Part shown: in pieces, positions 1 through 9,285 of the stretch
How positions within the stretch are numbered: the first letter of the stretch is position 1
Layout: the number at the start of each line of letters is the position of its first letter
DNA from: Octopus sinensis
Lineage: Eukaryota
Direction: 5' to 3'
DNA length: 17,585 nt
NCBI RefSeq assembly: GCF_006345805.1
Contig: NW_021824714.1
Coordinates: 1-17,585, forward strand
Position numbers and translations under genes: made by a program
Notes under the pieces: model-generated
The model's input: the letters and a program-made list of their open reading frames with translations, nothing else
What the model was told of the DNA's origin: nothing
The model's database searches: none

Positions 1-196
1 TCAGTTCAATGTGGGTTAAGCTCATTCACAATGATCCCAAGACAGGCACACACGCGTGCATATATACTCGCACACACAAACCTGTATATTTTGGAAATGA
101 TTTATGGCATCTGTTTATTTTTTTTTTTACCAGGGTGGTTCGCGGTGATCATTGCTGGTATTTAGGTACAAATGTGAAATACGATTTCCAAATTAC

Positions 197-322
197 CTTT
201 CTGTTTCTTTGTATTTACCAAATCTATTCACAAGGCTTTGGTGGACGTAGGGCTATAACAAGGTACTGTGTTGTGGAACTGAACCCAAGATCACATGGAT
301 TTGAAGCAAGCATCTTCATCAG
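197..322 (-). mobile_element. Degenerate 5' half of SINE family A
   Basis: Contains tttaccaaatctattcacaaggctttgg and actgaacccaagatcacatgg...aagcaagc, which match the reverse complement of the 5' half of the full copies at 2152 and 3435. Confidence 0.75.
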
Positions 323-395
323 GCATCAATGGGTATTCTTATATCTGTATGTCTGTGTGTATTGCATGAATATATATAAACAGATATATCACCAT

Positions 396-561
396 GAGAA
401 AGTTGTAGTGAAAGAGTACAGCAGGGATCGCCAGAGCCTCATGGAGCTTCAGGTGTCTACACTCAATAAACACTCACAACATCCGGCCTGGGAATCAAAA
501 CCGTGATCCTACAACCGCGAGTCTGCTGCCCTAACCACTGGACTATGCCATTGTGCCTCTA
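396..561 (-). mobile_element. tRNA-derived SINE family B, head plus core, lacking the 3' tail
   Basis: Colinear with about 14497-14670 (gagaaagttg...aaagagtaca; ctcaataaacac; ctgggaatc.aaacc; gagtc.gctgccctaaccactgg). The minus strand has A-box and B-box-like motifs. Confidence 0.85.
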
Positions 562-570
562 CATATAAAC

Positions 571-637
571 ATATGTATGTATGTATGTATATTTATATAT
601 ATATATATATATGTATATTTATATATATATATATATA
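571..637. repeat. (TATG)n/(TA)n microsatellite
   Basis: Seen directly in the sequence. Confidence 0.95.
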
Positions 638-1730
638 ATTTATCCCCCACTTGGAGAGTGGATGTTGTGTTAGAACATAAAATACTGTGTTATTTATCAT
701 GAAAGAACCCCTCATATGTACTTGTGGTGCATAAAAACACCTGTGTTTATATCGGTTGTGGGAAGTGGGATTATTATGTTTTGGCATTGATATTGTTTCT
801 AATTAATTATTTTATATAATTCAGTAATCTAAGCCTGAAAGAGATGGGTTTCTGTCAGAAGCCCGTGAAACTTTAAGTCGTATGGAGCCAAATCAAACTG
901 TTTCAAATAAGACATATGACTCCTACTAAATATGTTGAGTGCCTTTTTCTTTTGTTTGTCCACTTGTGTGTGTGTGTGTATGTATGTGTATTTATGTGTA
1001 TATATATTTGTGCATGTGTATGTTATTTCTATGGAAGCACATACCTACGCACTGTAAAAGAAAAACAAGGGAGAAAAAGGCTGCTGACCTGAGATACATT
1101 TCTACTAGAGTTTTCATGACCATATTGTATTTTTCAGCCTTTGAAATTATTATAACATCATTCTCTTCACATATTTTCTTTTTATTCTTTTTTTTTTTTT
1201 TCAAATCAGTTTAAATTCCAACTGCTTCATAATACTTTTAAAAACAACAACAACAGCAACAAAAAGAATTTTTAAAATCCCATCAATATAGATATCTTTT
1301 ATAGATTAGCCTTGCAGTTATTTACAGCAAAGCTTCATTCAATCCAGTCAATACCTCGATGTTTTGTTTAGTTTTCCCCCCCCCCCCTCCAGATGTTTAT
1401 TGTCTATATATTTTCTTCAATGGGAAGACTCAATTCTACTCATTAAAGATATTCGCTATCTGTCGGCTATTAAAGGTTCCCACATAACACAAAATATCTA
1501 CATTTAAATTCAGACTTATTTTGCACTTTTCGACTTGACTGAGATGAATTGTATAATTTCTTTGAGATTTTTTTATTAAAAAAATTTTTTTTTTAAATTT
1601 TTCAATCTGTTTTTCTCTATCTTTGTCTTTTCTTTCTTCATGGTTGTATGTGAACATGCTTACATATACATACATTTATATATACATATATACATACACA
1701 CATGTATATATATATGCACATACACAGGAG

Positions 1731-1861
1731 TCAATGTTTGTCTGTTTCTCTTGGAACAACATCAGCATTTCTCAAATCTTTTCCAAAATTTATGCTTAAA
1801 TCCAAATCATCCCAGAAAACTGCATGAAGAAAAGACTCCTGGGATCTAGATCCCTTGTCCC
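1731..1861 (-). CDS. Candidate terminal coding exon of an unknown gene (DKGSRSQESFLHAVFWDDLDLSINFGKDLRNADVVPRETDKH*)
   Basis: Unique sequence with a minus-strand acceptor cccttttcttggagtctctccattttag, 2 nt plus 43 codons ending in TGA, and ordinary amino-acid composition. No family recognised. Confidence 0.3.
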
Positions 1862-2151
1862 CTAAAATGGAGAGACTCCAAGAAAAGGGCTGATAAAAGA
1901 CTGATAGTTCTTGTGAAGTGGTAGTAGAGTAGGAGTGGTAGTGTAAGTAATAGAAGTGTTAATTTATGTTGTGAAACTGTTTTTCTTTCTCCTTTAGTTT
2001 CTCGCTCCCCCTCCCCCTCTCGCTTTCAAACACACTTTCTTGAACATTTCCCTTAAACAACAATGGTCTTCTTCATTTAAAAATTTTAACTTAGAAAAGT
2101 TACTTTATAGTTTTAAATATCATAGAAGCAGAACAGAATATATTCTTTGTT

Positions 2152-2531
2152 GCAGGAGTGGCTGTGTGGTGAGTAGCTTGCTTACCAACCACATGGTTCC
2201 GGGTTCAATCTCACTGCATGGCATCTTGGGCAAGTGTCTCCTACTATAGTCTCGGGCCGACCAAAGCCTTGTGAGTAGATTTGGTAGACGGAAACTGAAA
2301 GAAGCCCATCGTATATATATATGTATATGTGTGTGTTTGTCTTTGACCCCCCAACATCGCTTGACAACCGATGCTGGTGTTTACGTCCCTGTAACTTAGT
2401 GGTTCGATAAAAGAGACCGGTAGAATAAGTATTTGGCTTACAAAGAATAAGTCCTGGGGTCGATTTGCTCGACTAAAGGGGGTGCTCCAGGATGGCCACA
2501 GTCAAATGACTGAAACAAGTAAAAAAGAGTA
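2152..2531 (+). mobile_element. Full-length SINE family A (~380 bp)
   Basis: tRNA-like head (gtggctgtgtgg A-box-like, ggttcaatctc B-box-like), a cttgggcaagtgtc core, an internal (TA/TG) microsatellite, and a 3' end ggtgctccaggatggccacagtcaaatgactgaaacaagtaaaa. Repeated many times in the window. Confidence 0.95.
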
Positions 2532-2634
2532 ATTCTATTCCTTTATTATAACTACAAAATATAATGATATTATGCTCTATAAGTGGGATTGTTAATTCTT
2601 AGAATGTTTGAAACATAATACACACACACACACA

Positions 2635-2818
2635 GGTGCAGGCATGGCTGTGTGGTAAGAAGTTCAGACTCAAGCCACATGGTTTGGGGTTCAGTCTCAC
2701 TGTAACCTTGGGCAAGTGTTTTCTACTATAGCCCTAGACTGCTCAAAGCCTTGTGAGTGAATTTTGGGGATGGAAATTAAAAGAAGCTTGTTGTGAGTGT
2801 GTATATGTGTGTGTGTGT
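2635..2818 (+). mobile_element. SINE family A, 5' half only, ending in (TG)n
   Basis: ggtgcaggcatggctgtgtggtaagaag...ggttcagtc...cttgggcaagtg...aaagccttgtgagtg...gaaattaaaagaagc followed by (TG)n; preceded by (CA)n. Confidence 0.88.
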
Positions 2819-2833
2819 AAAATAGGTATGCCA

Positions 2834-2915
2834 CAGAGGCTATGAGAAATGACCAAGACCTTTGGCAACATGTCAAGTTTGAGAAAACTCGTCAGCCCAA
2901 GTGCGGTGCAATCTC
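2834..2915 (+). mobile_element. Degenerate end of RTE-clade LINE ORF2
   Basis: Translates as TEAMRNDQDLWQHVKFEKTRQPK. The DNA resembles the repeat units at 9874-10190 (gaccaa.acc.ttggca...tgagaa.a..c). Confidence 0.55.
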
Positions 2916-2974
2916 AGTGATAATCTCAACAAGTCGCAGCTACAACTTTAGACATCAAGTAGCCCCATCCCCTT

Positions 2975-3124
2975 TTGTGGGGAAGGAGCTAGATGATTAC
3001 ACTGACTGGTACCCTGAAAGAACAAAAGGCAAAATTAACCTTGGTGGAATTTGAACTCAAAAAATAAAGACAAAAAAAATTACTCTAATCATTTTGTCCA
3101 GCATGCTAAAGATTCTTGTGAGCT
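2975..3124 (-). mobile_element. Degenerate SINE family E
   Basis: ccctgaaagaacaaaaggcaaaatt...ggaatttgaactca...cattttgtccagcatgctaa.gattct matches the copies at 14178-14308 and 13407-13612. Confidence 0.75.
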
Positions 3125-3434
3125 GACAGAATCTTGTGTTGCCATGTAACTGTGTGTAAACATGTTTTATTTGCTCTATCATTATTCAAATACATTCTGC
3201 AATATGAACTATTACAGTCACCAGTATATGAATGAAATTGCGTTGCTATGTATTCAAGGAAACAGTTATGTACTTCATCCTATCTGGTCTTGGACATTAT
3301 TCAACTAGAACCCTCTCAAGTTGCTATAAATGCTAAACCTTAGCATCTATGCCAATCTCTGATGGTTTTTCCAGACAATTCTACATGTGAAAATATATAT
3401 ATATACATACATATGATATATGTATGTATATATA

Positions 3435-3814
3435 GGCACAGGGTGGCTCTGTGGTAAGTGGCTTGCTTACCAACCACATGGTTCTGGGTTCAGTCCCACT
3501 GCGCGGCACCTTGGACCGACTAAAGCCTTGTGAGTGGATTTGGTAAACAGAAACTGAAAGAAGCCCATCGTATATGTGTAGATATATATATGTGTGTGTA
3601 TGTGTTTGTGTGTCTGTGTTTGTACACCCCCACCCAACATCGCTTGACCACCAATGTGTTTACGTCCCCGTAACTTAGTAGTTCAGCAAAAGAGGCCGAT
3701 AGAATAAGCACTAGGCTTCCACAGAATAAGTCCTGGGATTGATTTGCTCGACTAAAGGCGGTGCTCCAGCATGGCCACAGTCAGATGACTGAAACAAGTA
3801 AAAGAGTAAAGAGT
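3435..3814 (+). mobile_element. Full-length SINE family A
   Basis: Colinear with 2152-2531 over its whole length; flanked 5' by a TA-rich microsatellite. Confidence 0.95.
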
Positions 3815-3832
3815 ATATTTATGTATATGTAT

Positions 3833-3915
3833 TCTTTTCTTTTATTTGTTTCACTCATTTCACTGTGGCCATGCTGGAGCACTGCCTTTAGTCAAACAAA
3901 TCTACCCGAGGACTT
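3833..3915 (-). mobile_element. 3'-terminal fragment of SINE family A, inverted against the preceding copy
   Basis: actgtggccatgctggagcactgcctttagtc...aaat...aggactt is the reverse complement of about 3728-3805. Confidence 0.9.
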
Positions 3916-4415
3916 GTAGTGTGAATATATGTTTAGAAATGCTTCATGTATCTTATTAGAAGAATTCTTACAGAGAAGAAGAATGAATTTAAGAACTATA
4001 TATTTATTACATAAAAATATATTTTAGTCACTGGTTGAAACATAATCAAAATGTAGAAACTAATTGAATGAAATAATCTATGCAAGAAAGTGCAGAAATG
4101 TAGAAATAACAGCTAAATAGTGAATTTTAGTAATGTGACATAGAGAAATAGATGGACATAGCAACGATGTGAATGGCTCTGAGTCTAATCGACAAAGAAG
4201 CAAAGAGCAAGGCAAGCAAACTGTTTTTATTAACGAAGGCTAGACATTCTAGAAACTTCCATGAGAAACGCAAAGCATCTTGAATAATTAAGAATTACTT
4301 CATGAAATATAATCTTCCGAGAAACTTACTAAAAGGAGATTACTCTATAACACTTCTTGCTAGATTACATCATACAACTATTTTAGCTACACATGGCAAA
4401 CTACTACATACTGAT

Positions 4416-4515
4416 TCTATCGTTTCCTTTTTGCTGAACTACTAAGTGATGGGGATGTAAATACACCAACATTGGTTGTCAAGTGATGGTGGGGGGACAA
4501 ACAGACAAATAATAA

Positions 4516-4555
<40 letters not shown>

Positions 4556-4643
4556 TATATATATACACACACACAATGGGTTTCCTTCAGTTTCCGTCTA
4601 CCAAACCTACTCACAAGGCTTTAGTCAGCCCAAAGCTATAGTA
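4416..4643 (-). mobile_element. SINE family A, central and 3' part of a copy split by the mariner
   Basis: Matches the reverse complement of family A up to gctatagTA and resumes at 5667. Confidence 0.9.
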
Positions 4644-5666
4644 TTAGGTCATCAAGTATGAAATTTGTAATAAGGCATATGGTAAACTTTGACAGCTGCT
4701 CATATTGCACAATTATTATATTTTGACAATCTTTATTTTTTGTTAGAAAGCTGACACATCTTTCTTTATTCTAACTCATTTTGTGCTTTATAAAGTATTT
4801 ATAAATCATTTTTTACTGTTTTTGTTTAGAGATGGATAAGTCAGAAATTCATATAGTTTTGAAATATGAGTTCTTTTTTGGAAATATAGCTTCACAGACA
4901 GCTCAGAATATTACACAGCAGACAGTATCAAATTGGTTTGCAAAATTTCATTCTGGTAACTTTTACCTCACAAATGAGCAACGCAGGCAACCAGAAACAA
5001 AGGTAGATAATGACGAACTGAAATTGAGTCAGATCCATCTCAATGTGCCCATGAATTATCATTGTTGTTTCATGTTAGCAAGCAAACAATATTGACTCAC
5101 CTAGTTCAAATCAATAAAGTGAAAAAGTTGGATAAGTGGGTTCCACATGAACTCAATGAAAATCAGAAACATTTAGAAGCCTGCATTGTACTAGTTTCTC
5201 GTCACAAAATGTATCATTTTTGAATTGAATTGTAACGTGATGAGAAATGGATTCAATACACGATGGTTATTGGCGAAACTTCTAGGATTTGGATAACTTT
5301 TTGATGGGAAAAATATTTAATTCTAACAATGCTGTAAAACAGGCCTTCCAATATTTTATTGACTCTAGATTGCCAGGCCTTTACAGTTCCAGGCTGGACT
5401 GGTTACCATTGAAATGGCAAAAGTGTATTGACAGTATGGATGCATACTTTGATGAATAAAACTATTCTTTGTATTTATAAAACATTAGCAAACTTATATT
5501 TCGTTTTTGGATTTGGTTTGCAAGATTCTTTATATGAGTTCGTGTGTTGAAGCATATTTTGTTGTGTCTGGGGAGAGTCATTCTCTTTTAGTGCTTTATT
5601 ATTTAACACACTCACCGGTAAAATTAGAAAACTTCTTTTCTACAAATTTCATTCTTGATGACCTAA
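4644..5666 (+). mobile_element. Internally deleted mariner DNA transposon (cecropia/Hsmar1-like)
   Basis: 26-bp TIRs at 4644-4669 (ttaggtcatcaagtatgaaatttgta) and 5641-5666 (tacaaatttcattcttgatgacctaa) with one mismatch. TA duplication at 4642-4643 and 5667-5668. Transposase remnant inside. Confidence 0.95.
4832..5459 (+). pseudogene. Mariner transposase pseudogene, frameshifted, with most of the DD34D catalytic domain deleted
   Basis: N-terminal MDKSEIHIVLKYEF...TVSNWFAKFHSG...KVDNDELK; KVKKLDKWVPHEL (WVPHEL at 5137-5154); IVT/DEKWI at the first catalytic Asp; then a jump to the C-terminal LDNFLMGKIF...WQKCIDSMDAYFDE*. The YSPDL region is absent. Confidence 0.93.
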
Positions 5667-5754
5667 TAGAAGACACTTACCCAAGGTGCCACGCAGTAGG
5701 ACTGAACCTAGGACTATATGGTTGGAAAGCAAGCTTCTTACCACACAGCCACTC

Positions 5755-5757
<3 letters not shown>
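5667..5757 (-). mobile_element. SINE family A head, continuing the copy split by the mariner
   Basis: TAgaagacacttacccaaggtgccacgcagt.ggactgaacc...cttaccacacagccactcctg joins seamlessly to 4643. Confidence 0.92.
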
Positions 5758-5819
<62 letters not shown>

Positions 5820-5822
5820 TAT
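5758..5822. repeat. (TA)n(CA)n compound microsatellite
   Basis: Seen directly; abuts the SINE head. Confidence 0.95.
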
Positions 5823-6457
5823 AGATAGAGCTATAGAGCTCTATATATGTGCCTGTATTTGAATATATTTCATACTGTTGTTTATTATATCAGCCAATAT
5901 TTGCAAAAATGAAAGAAAAACCAAGTTCGTTGCTATGAACTTGAGTGTAGCAATGTATTATTTTGGCATATTGTATTTTGTGGGACTGGGTTTATCTTTT
6001 TTTTTTTACATGTAACTCAGGTTTTCATTAAATTATTTCTGTATGTATTCGTAACTTATTTTGTTTCCATTGTAAGTTCATTGAGTGCATATCCAAGTAA
6101 GTTGTTGTTCCCTCCCCAATCACCCCTCCCCCCAAAAAATGAAGAAAAAAGAAAGAAAACTACAGAAAAGTAATTTATACTCTTGCAAAAGGATCTTTTT
6201 TTTTTGTTTTTATTTAATTAATCACTGATAAAAAAAAAGCCTGAACTTCCCTAACTCCAGGGAATTTCTGTGGTGCCAGCAAACAAACAAGCAGAAACTG
6301 AAGGCCCTTTTTTTCATACCTTCTGTCTGTTCTTTGGGTATAATAATATAATATTATTAAACAGAGAAAGAGGTTGTTTGTGGTTTTCAAAAGTGTTAAA
6401 GCATGATGATTGACTAAATATTTTCTTATTGGTATGTAATCATGCTTTAAACTGACA

Positions 6458-6555
6458 TCTTTTACTTGTTTCAATCATTAGACTGCAGCCATGCTGGGGC
6501 ACCTCCTCTAAGAGATTTTGTTGTACAAATTGACCCCCAAAGACACAGACACACA

Positions 6556-6605
<50 letters not shown>

Positions 6606-6742
6606 ATGGGCTTCTTTCAGTTTCTATCTACCAGATCCACTCACAAGGCTTTGGTCAGTCTGAGACTAAAGTAGAAAACACCCAAGGTGCCATGCAATGA
6701 AACTGAACCCAAAACCGTTTGATTGGGAAGCAATTTTCTTAT
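6458..6742 (-). mobile_element. SINE family A with an internal deletion
   Basis: Both ends match family A; about 110 bp between gacccc and acacagac is missing; expanded internal (TA)n. Confidence 0.88.
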
Positions 6743-6789
6743 CTTGTTAACATACTACATACACACACACACACATTCTTTTATTTTTT

Positions 6790-7197
6790 GTTTTTTGTTT
6801 TAGTCATTTGACTGTAGCCATGCTGGAGCCTCACTTTGAAGAATTTTGGTTGAACAAAATGACCCCAGGAGTTACTTTTTTAAGCTTAGTACTTATTTTA
6901 TCAGTCTTTTTTGCCAAACTGCTAGGTTATGGGGATGTAAACACACTAACACCGGTTGTCAAGCAATGGTTGGGGGATAGACACAAAGGTACACATGCGC
7001 ACACTCACACACATACACATATATACATACATACATACAATGGGCTTCTTTCAGTTTCCATCTTTCAAATCCAAACAAGGCTTTGGTCAGCCTGAGGCTG
7101 TAGTAGAACCTTCCCCGAGAATCCATGCAGTGAAACCAAACCTGGAACCAGGTGGTTGGGAAGCAAGCTTCTTACCACACAGCCACACTTGCACCTA
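6790..7197 (-). mobile_element. Full-length diverged SINE family A
   Basis: Colinear with the reverse complement of 2152-2531 and ends in cttaccacacagccacacttgcacc. Confidence 0.9.
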
Positions 7198-7239
7198 TAA
7201 TCATATGTGTGTGTGTAGTATAGATGGACAAATAGAATT

Positions 7240-7346
7240 TTTTCAGTTTCTATCTACCAAATCCTCTCACAAGGCTTTGATTACTCTGAGGTATCATACA
7301 ATGGAATTGAACCCAGAATCATGGGGTTGGGAAGCAAGCTGCTTAG
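7240..7346 (-). mobile_element. SINE family A, 5'-half fragment with a deletion
   Basis: ttcagtttctatctaccaaatc...cacaaggctttg...tgaacccagaatcatg...gggaagcaagc. Confidence 0.8.
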
Positions 7347-7448
7347 ATTTCAAACAGAAATATTACGTAATTATTATTTATGATTACAAATATTATTACT
7401 GAGTAGTATAGTTCACTTGAAGCATTGTCGAATATATATCTGTTATCA

Positions 7449-7650
7449 TTTACTTGCTTCAGTCATTAGGCTGCGACCATGCTGGGGCACCACCTTGAAG
7501 AAGTTGTAGCTGAATGAATCGACCCAAGTAATTATTTTTTCTAAGTCTGCTATTTTTTTCTTTTAGTTTCTTTTGATAAACCACTAAGTTACAACCACCA
7601 GCACTTATTGTCAAGTGATGGTGGAGAACAAATACAGACACATACTTACA
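7449..7650 (-). mobile_element. SINE family A, 3' half
   Basis: tttacttgcttcagtcattaggctgcgaccatgctggggcaccacc...aatcgaccc...ttgtcaagtgatggtgg, ending at the internal microsatellite. Confidence 0.85.
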
Positions 7651-7675
7651 TACATAAATACATACATACAAACAC

Positions 7676-8007
7676 ACTGTCTAAATGCCAATCTTGAGAA
7701 ATTAGGCTTCTCAAAACAAGAAAAGAGAAAGCTAATTTGAAGACTACAGATCCAATCCATCACTGGAACTGTAAAAATCTGTAAAACTTTCCAGAAGTTT
7801 ATCATATAAATATATATGAGCATGTCTAGATATGTAACTATATGCATGAGAATACATACATAAAACATGAAAATTTGCACATACATACGAATAAATAAAT
7901 AAAAATACCCTGTTGTTGATGTTGACATTCCAATGAAGGAAACTTGGATCTAGGTTAGAAACTGGTTCTTTCTTTATTGGCAAGAAATCTTGAAATGAAC
8001 TGAATGA
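7676..8007 (+). mobile_element. 5'-truncated non-LTR retrotransposon end, probably the restriction-like-endonuclease type (R4/Dong-like)
   Basis: 7678-7809 reads CLNANLEKLGFSKQEKRKLI*RLQIQSITGTVKICKTFQKFII*, which resembles the LQ...GT..I.K C-terminus of RLE-type elements (family knowledge, not searched). A ~200-bp 3' UTR follows, with (CATA)n on both flanks. Confidence 0.6.
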
Positions 8008-8204
8008 CATACCTGCATACATACAAACGAACAAACAAACTTTTATAAAGCCAAAACAATGCTTAGTACTTTTACTTTGTATTTTAATATTTCGGGATGG
8101 GAACCTCTTATTTAAGGAATCTTCGGAGAAATGATGTACGACTTCTCTGTTCTGTACACTGCAAAACAGAGAAGTCTTTGTCCACCACTTAACAATATCT
8201 GTTT

Positions 8205-8350
8205 GTTTGTTTACATCCCTATGACTTGGCAGTTCAGCAAAAAGAGACCAATGGAATAAGTACTAGAATCATTTGTTCAACTAAAACCCTTCAGAGCAGT
8301 GCCCCAGCATGGCCATAGTCCAATGATTGAAACTAGTAATAGATGAAAGA
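8205..8350 (+). mobile_element. SINE family A, 3' half with a deletion
   Basis: gtttacatccc...gttcagcaaaaagagacc...gaataagtact...gtgccccagcatggccatagtccaatgattgaaactagtaa. Confidence 0.85.
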
Positions 8351-8547
8351 TATGCCAAGTATGGCTACTTCCTTGGTGGCAGTAGAGTTCCCTATCTTTA
8401 TTCCTGCCAACTAAAACTTTTTGTGTTTCATAGATTTCCTTTAAAACCTCTTGAGTCTCAGCTTTGCTTCCATCTTTGGAATTTGTTCTCTAATTCTTTG
8501 ACAGATTCAGCCATGAGAACTAGGCCTCTAGCATACAGAAGATTCTC
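8351..8547 (-). pseudogene. Decayed reverse-transcriptase fragment of an RTE-clade LINE
   Basis: The minus strand reads ENLLYARGLVLMAESVKELENKFQRWKQS*DSRGFKGNL*, then TKVLV and K*PY after frameshifts. This corresponds to LLYADDLVL...LESRGLKVN...KTKVL...KWPC, with YADD mutated to YARG. Confidence 0.8.
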
Positions 8548-8552
8548 TCATT

Positions 8553-8918
8553 TTATGTGTGTGTGTGTTTGCATGCGTATGTGTGTATATATATGCGTAT
8601 GTGTGTATGTATGTATGTGTATATATATGTGTGTGTGTGCATGTATATGTACTTATAAACATGTGTGTGTGTGTACGTATGTGTGTGTGAGTGTACATAT
8701 ATGTATGTGTGTGTAGATATATATATATATATGTACATATTCATGTGTGTAGGTGTACACACACACATAGATATATATGCACATATATATATGTATGTAT
8801 GTGTAATGTTCATGTGTGTGAGTGTGTGTGTGTGTGCATATGTAGATATGTGTGTGTATGTATGTATGTATAATATGTGTGTGTGTGTGTGTATCTATGT
8901 TTATGTACACATATATTT
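8553..8918. repeat. Long mosaic (GT)/(AT)/(GTAT) low-complexity tract
   Basis: Seen directly; it generates the C/V/Y/M- and H/T/I/Y-rich false ORFs. Confidence 0.95.
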
Positions 8919-9099
8919 ATACTTCTATGGTCAGAATTGTGTTTTTCATTTGCTTTTATTGTTGTTGTTTGGTCTCCAGTCACCTCTGATTAACCAAACT
9001 TATGATCAAAGATATTCTGCCATGAACAACCTGTCTGTCTTCTTAAGCACAGTGCACACAAGATCACATTATCCAGTTGTGTGCATGCGTATGTATGTA

Positions 9100-9285
9100 T
9101 ACACACATACACACACAGATAGGTAGGTAATAGATAGCTAAATAGATAAACAGACAGACAGACTTTAAACACACACATCTCTCTATATATATATATATAT
9201 AGATATAGATAGATAGATAGACAGACAGACTGGCAGATTTGAAACACACACATCTATATAGATAGATAGATAGATTGATCAATAG
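9100..9285. repeat. Compound (CA)/(GATA)/(CAGA)/(TA) microsatellite with a locally duplicated block
   Basis: cagacagact...aaacacacacatct...atata...gatagatag occurs twice (about 9153-9225 and 9222-9272). Confidence 0.8.

Noticed and set aside
9-506. 165-aa ORF as a real gene
   Set aside because: It runs through a poly-T tract, a family A fragment and a family B copy in antisense, and starts without a clear ATG context.
834-929. Plus-strand terminal exon PERDGFLSEARETLSRMEPNQTVSNKTYDSY*
   Set aside because: It reads plausibly, but the better acceptor 9 nt upstream (attcag at 824) puts TAA in frame immediately, and the remaining acceptor is weak.
1841-1854. 14-bp palindrome gggatctagatccc (and tatagagctctata at 5832-5845)
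   Set aside because: These are short and isolated, with no associated structure, and are compatible with chance or local slippage.
6314-6332. Minus-strand donor aag|gtatga with a possible 12-nt exon
   Set aside because: The donor is good, but there is no convincing acceptor or branch site upstream.
8959-9038. Possible 3' end of another SINE on the minus strand
   Set aside because: The resemblance is from memory only, and there is no second copy in the window to support it.
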